Shown here piece after piece: positions 60,153 to 64,000 of a stretch of DNA of 64,000 nt (position 1 is its first letter; each line of letters begins with the position of its first letter). Made by a program: the position numbers and the translations under genes. The notes beneath the pieces were generated by a model, which saw nothing but the letters and a program-made list of their open reading frames with translations, had not been told where the DNA came from and made no database searches. Source of the DNA: Nitrospiraceae bacterium (GTDB taxonomy: Bacteria; Nitrospirota; Nitrospiria; Nitrospirales; Nitrospiraceae); the NCBI GenBank assembly GCA_050246315.1, contig JBFWWG010000001.1:96001-160000 (forward strand). Reading direction: 5' to 3'.

Positions 60153-62170
60153 CACTGTTCGTTCTGCTTCTGGCCGGGTATGCAGCCGGCATCTTCCTTC
60201 CCTTCTGTTTCCCCGCCAATTTCAGAGTCCAGAATGCCGTCGCCCATGGATCAGCCGGGTTGGCAGGAGGAGCGGGCATTCTGCTTGGTATGGTCGGCCT
60301 CCTGGCACCGGAACCCTGGATCGCTTCGGCCGACTCCACCATCCCTTTGTTGACCTTCTCGATCCGGCTTGATCCTCTCGCCTCCTTCTTCCTGCTGACG
60401 ATTTCGGCGGTCGGCCTTTCTTCGTCCGTCTACGCGCGGGGCTACGTGACCGAATGGGAGGGGCGCACCTCCGTCGCGCTCCTCGGCGCCCTCTTCAATG
60501 GGTTTCTCCTCTCCATGATCCTCGTGATCATCGCCGACAACGGGTTCTTCTTCCTGCTCGTCTGGGAACTCATGTCGTTGCTGTCCTATTTCCTCGTCGT
60601 GACCGAACATGAGCGGGCCGAGGTCCGGCATGCCGGCTTCTTTTATCTCATCATGACGCAGGTGGGCACCGCCTTCATCCTCCTGACCTTTCTACTCTTC
60701 TTTCAGCAGACCGGCTCTTTCTCCTTCGAGACCTTTCGTCATCCGGCGGAGCCGCTGTCCTCGGAGCTCAGCACGAGTCTGTTTCTCGCCACCCTGATCG
60801 GATTCGGGGCCAAGGCCGGCATCGTGCCGTTACATGTCTGGCTGCCCTATGCCCATCCGGCAGCACCGTCTCACATCTCGGCCCTGATGTCGGGTGTAAT
60901 GATCAAGACGGCGATGTACGGCCTCATTCGGGTCTATTTCGATTTTCTGAACGCCCAGTTCCTCTGGTGGTGGGGCTTCATCATCCTGGTCGTCGGCGCC
61001 ATCTCGGCCCTGCTGGGTGTGATGTATGCACTCATGGAGCACGATCTGAAAAGACTGTTGGCGTTTCATAGCGTGGAAAACATCGGCATCATCCTGCTCG
61101 GGATCGGCGCGGGCATGATCTTCCGCACCTACGGACTCCATGAGTTTGCGGCCTTGGGCCTCGTGGCCGGGCTTTACCACACGATCAATCACGCGCTGTT
61201 CAAGGCTCTGCTCTTTCTCGGCGCCGGGTCGTTGGGTTACGCCACCCACACCCGCAACATGGAGGACTATGGCGGGCTGCTCCGCCGCATGCCTTGGACC
61301 GGCCTCTTCTTTCTCATCGGCGCCGTCTCGATCGCGGCCCTGCCGCCGACCAATGGCTTTGTCAGCGAATGGCTGATCTTCCAAAGCCTCTTTCTCAGCA
61401 TGCAGGTGCCGAATCTCTTGCTCAAGCTGATGCTGCCGCTGGCCGCGGCCATGCTGGCTCTGACGGGGGTGTTGGCTTTGGCCTGCTTCGCCAAAGCGTT
61501 CGGCATTTCGTTCCTGGCCTTGCCGCGTAGTGGCCACGCGCGGCATGCGGAGGAGGTGCCTCGATCCATGCTGATCGGCATGGGTTTGCTCGCAGCCGCC
61601 TGCGTGGGGCTGGGTCTGTTCCCGATGCTGGTCGTGCCGATCCTGGATCGCGTCACGGCTTCGTTGGTCGGAGTATCACTCGGTGAAAAGGTCCTGGCAC
61701 TCGACGGCTGGGCGCTCGCGCCGGTGAACGTGGCGTTCTCCAGTCTGTCGCCGCCGGCGCTGGCCATGGTCTTGGGCTTGTCCGTCCTGCTCGGACTTGG
61801 ACTGGTTGCGCTATTCGGCGGCCGTCGCGCCGCTCGATACGGCAAAACATGGAACTGCGGCCTCACCCTCTCACCCCGCATGGAATACACCGCGACAGGC
61901 TTCGTGCAGCCGATCAAGCGGATCTTCAGCACCATCTATCAACCGACCGTCAAGCTGGAGACCGAATTCCTGGAGGAATCCCGCTATTTCGCCAAACGCC
62001 GGCGGTTCGAATTTCATATCGAACCGGTATTTGAGAAGTATCTCTATCAACCGGTCGCGGCAGGCTGTCTCAAACTCGCGGATCGGCTGCGCCCGCTTCA
62101 GGCCGGCGGGTTGCATCTGTATCTGACTTACATCTTCGTGACATTGGTGGTCCTGTTGCTGGTCTTGTAG
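60146..62170 (+). CDS. hyfB: Hydrogenase-4/Ehr membrane subunit B (NuoL/MrpA-like)
   Basis: WELMSLLSYFLV, GFGAKAGIVPLHVWLPYAHPAAPSHISALMSG, LKRLLAFHSVENIG, TWNCG..RMEYTA. Confidence 0.92.
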   Translation: MLTLFVLLLAGYAAGIFLPFCFPANFRVQNAVAHGSAGLAGGAGILLGMVGLLAPEPWIASADSTIPLLTFSIRLDPLASFFLLTISAVGLSSSVYARGYVTEWEGRTSVALLGALFNGFLLSMILVIIADNGFFFLLVWELMSLLSYFLVVTEHERAEVRHAGFFYLIMTQVGTAFILLTFLLFFQQTGSFSFETFRHPAEPLSSELSTSLFLATLIGFGAKAGIVPLHVWLPYAHPAAPSHISALMSGVMIKTAMYGLIRVYFDFLNAQFLWWWGFIILVVGAISALLGVMYALMEHDLKRLLAFHSVENIGIILLGIGAGMIFRTYGLHEFAALGLVAGLYHTINHALFKALLFLGAGSLGYATHTRNMEDYGGLLRRMPWTGLFFLIGAVSIAALPPTNGFVSEWLIFQSLFLSMQVPNLLLKLMLPLAAAMLALTGVLALACFAKAFGISFLALPRSGHARHAEEVPRSMLIGMGLLAAACVGLGLFPMLVVPILDRVTASLVGVSLGEKVLALDGWALAPVNVAFSSLSPPALAMVLGLSVLLGLGLVALFGGRRAARYGKTWNCGLTLSPRMEYTATGFVQPIKRIFSTIYQPTVKLETEFLEESRYFAKRRRFEFHIEPVFEKYLYQPVAAGCLKLADRLRPLQAGGLHLYLTYIFVTLVVLLLVL

Positions 62171-62186
62171 CAATGTCCTTCCGACC

Positions 62187-63149
62187 ATGAGCCTGATCTT
62201 TCTTCAAGCCGTCTTCTTCACCCTGGCGCATGCAGCCCTGATGCTGTCGATCGCGCCGTTGATCGTGGGCCTGATTCGCAAAGTGAAAGCGCGCCTCCAA
62301 TGTCGGCGAGGGGCGTCGATCGTCCAGCCCTATGCAGACCTGGCCAAGCTCTTCCGGAAACAGCCGGTCGTTTCCTCGACGACCTCGTGGATCTTCACCA
62401 CAGCTCCTTATATCTTCTTTGCCTCGACCTTGACCGCTGGCTTGCTGGTGCCGGTCTTCTTTTCCCAGATGCCGCTCAATTTTGCCGGCAACATCATCGC
62501 GCTCGTGTATCTGCTGGCGCTTGGCACGTTTTCCTTGATCTTGGCGGGACTCGACGCCGGGTCGGCATTCGGTGGGATGGGAAGCAGCCGAGAGGCCATC
62601 GTGGCCTCCCTGACCGAGCCGGCTCTGATACTGTCGATCTTTGCCATCGCGCTCACGGCTGGCTCGACCAACCTCAGCACCATCGTCCATAAGACCGCCT
62701 TATTGGAAGGGATTGTCATGGCCCCGTCGCCACACCTGATGGCGCTGGCCGCCTTGTTCATCGTGGCGCTGGCAGAAACCGGGCGTGTCCCGGTCGACAA
62801 TCCGGCCACGCACCTCGAACTGACCATGATCCACGAGGCGATGGTCCTGGAATATTCCGGACGCTACCTGGCGCTGATCGAGTGGGGAGCCGGCCTCAAA
62901 CTGGTCGTGTTCCTGACCCTGATCGCTAATGTGTTCGCTCCCTGGGGCATTGCGACCGTCCCGACGCCGGCTGCCCTTGCAGTCGGACTGGCCGTGTACC
63001 TCGTGAAGATCACGGGTCTCGCGGTACTGATCGGCGTGATCGAATGCATGTTCGCCAAGTTGCGGTTGTTTCGTGTCACGGATCTGCTCGGCGTCGCCTT
63101 CATCCTGGCGCTTCTCAGCCTGCTCTTCTTCTACATCCTGCGAGCCTGA
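62187..63149 (+). CDS. hyfC: Hydrogenase-4/Ehr subunit C (NuoH-like)
   Basis: RKVKARLQCRRG..QPYADL.KL, GMGSSRE, AETGRVPVDNPATHLELTMIHEAMVLEYSG. Confidence 0.92.
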   Translation: MSLIFLQAVFFTLAHAALMLSIAPLIVGLIRKVKARLQCRRGASIVQPYADLAKLFRKQPVVSSTTSWIFTTAPYIFFASTLTAGLLVPVFFSQMPLNFAGNIIALVYLLALGTFSLILAGLDAGSAFGGMGSSREAIVASLTEPALILSIFAIALTAGSTNLSTIVHKTALLEGIVMAPSPHLMALAALFIVALAETGRVPVDNPATHLELTMIHEAMVLEYSGRYLALIEWGAGLKLVVFLTLIANVFAPWGIATVPTPAALAVGLAVYLVKITGLAVLIGVIECMFAKLRLFRVTDLLGVAFILALLSLLFFYILRA

Positions 63150-63151
63150 CC

Positions 63152-63820
63152 ATGTTCACCCTATCGCCTCACATCGGTTCTCACCTCGTGGACCTGGGAT
63201 CGGCGCTGCTTCTCCTGACCTGTTTCGCGATCGTGGCCCAGCGGCGCCTCTCCGCCTGCGTGGATCTCTTCGCATTGCAATCTCTCTTTCTTGCGATGAC
63301 CGCGGCGTTGGTCGCCTTCCTGACAGGCATCCGGCATATCTATTTTGCGGCAGCCCTGACGGTGCTCATCAAGGTGATCGTCATCCCCTCCGTCCTGAAA
63401 CGGGTGATCGAACGCCTCAACGTGACCCGTGAACTGGTCATGAACATCAACGTGCCGGCCAGCCTGCTGATCTCCGGCTCCCTGGTGATGGTCGCGTTCT
63501 TCATCACCCAGCCGATCATCCCGTTCGGGTACCTGTTGACGCGCGATTCGCTGGCCATCGCGCTGGCGATCGTCCTCATCGGTTTCTTCACGATGATCGC
63601 CCGGCAGAAGGCTGTCACGCAGTTGATCGCCTTCTTGGTGATGGAGAATGGACTGTTTCTGGGAGCGACGGCCGCCACCTATGGCATGCCATTGATCGTA
63701 GAGCTGGGTGTGTTTTTTGACGTCTTGGTGGCGGCACTGATCGCCGGAATCTATACCAACCGCCTGCAAGACGCGTTCGACAGCGTGGATACCAACCATC
63801 TCAGCGAGCTGAAAGAATGA
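63152..63820 (+). CDS. hyfE: Hydrogenase-4/Ehr subunit E
   Basis: IKVIVIP, FLVMENG, MPLIVELGVFFDV. Confidence 0.9.
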   Translation: MFTLSPHIGSHLVDLGSALLLLTCFAIVAQRRLSACVDLFALQSLFLAMTAALVAFLTGIRHIYFAAALTVLIKVIVIPSVLKRVIERLNVTRELVMNINVPASLLISGSLVMVAFFITQPIIPFGYLLTRDSLAIALAIVLIGFFTMIARQKAVTQLIAFLVMENGLFLGATAATYGMPLIVELGVFFDVLVAALIAGIYTNRLQDAFDSVDTNHLSELKE

Positions 63821-64000
63821 CGGCCGACCTTCCCGCGGTCGCAGTGAGCGTGCTCCTGGTCGCGCCGTTGTTGGCCGGCTGGCTCAGCCTGTTGCTTCGC
63901 ACCTCCCGGACGCTTCATCTGGTCAATTTGACCAGCATGGGATCTCTCGTCGCAGCCGAGTCGGCGATCGCCCGGACCGTGCTGGGACAAGGCCCGCTCC
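63817..64000 (+). CDS. hyfF: Probable hydrogenase-4/Ehr subunit F, 5' part; runs off the right edge
   Basis: ATGA overlap with hyfE; hydrophobic MTADLPAVAVSVLLVAPLLAG...; fits the hyfBCEF gene order. Confidence 0.7.
   Translation, partial: MTADLPAVAVSVLLVAPLLAGWLSLLLRTSRTLHLVNLTSMGSLVAAESAIARTVLGQGPL

Overview
GC-rich bacterial chromosome segment whose gene content and intergenic repeats fit Nitrospira (Nitrospirota); this taxon call is inference. Left to right: partial priA; an OmpA-domain protein; a 2M-type complex I operon (nuoA-B-C-D-G-I-J-[SMR/Gdx]-K-L-M-M-N, no nuoE/F/H); a CHASE3 two-component pair; housekeeping and accessory genes (pyrE, CbiX-like chelatase, rnhA and others); MITE/REP-like elements; a large TPR protein; a PIN toxin with a start-less RHH antitoxin next to tRNA-Leu(CAG); a degenerate helicase-like gene; rplI-glyA-nrdR; a Rossmann-domain kinase with a NarL regulator; divergent Cus-like and Czc-like RND efflux operons; and a sigma-54 region leading into hyfB-C-E-F. 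Three observations stand out. (1) A candidate sigma-54 regulon of three units, each with a TGCAA-N3-TTGCA palindrome about 100-120 bp upstream of a -24/-12 promoter. The units encode three paralogous CxxC-x17-CxxC microproteins (two absent from the ORF track), small TPR proteins, the cognate two-component system and the hyf-like complex. (2) Both metal-efflux operons are preceded by a metal-ligand-rich leader ORF (one ending in the RAPP arrest motif) followed by an RNA stem that sequesters the next gene's Shine-Dalgarno. (3) A Gdx/SugE-type SMR exporter is inserted between nuoJ and nuoK. All calls were made by eye; no searches were run.
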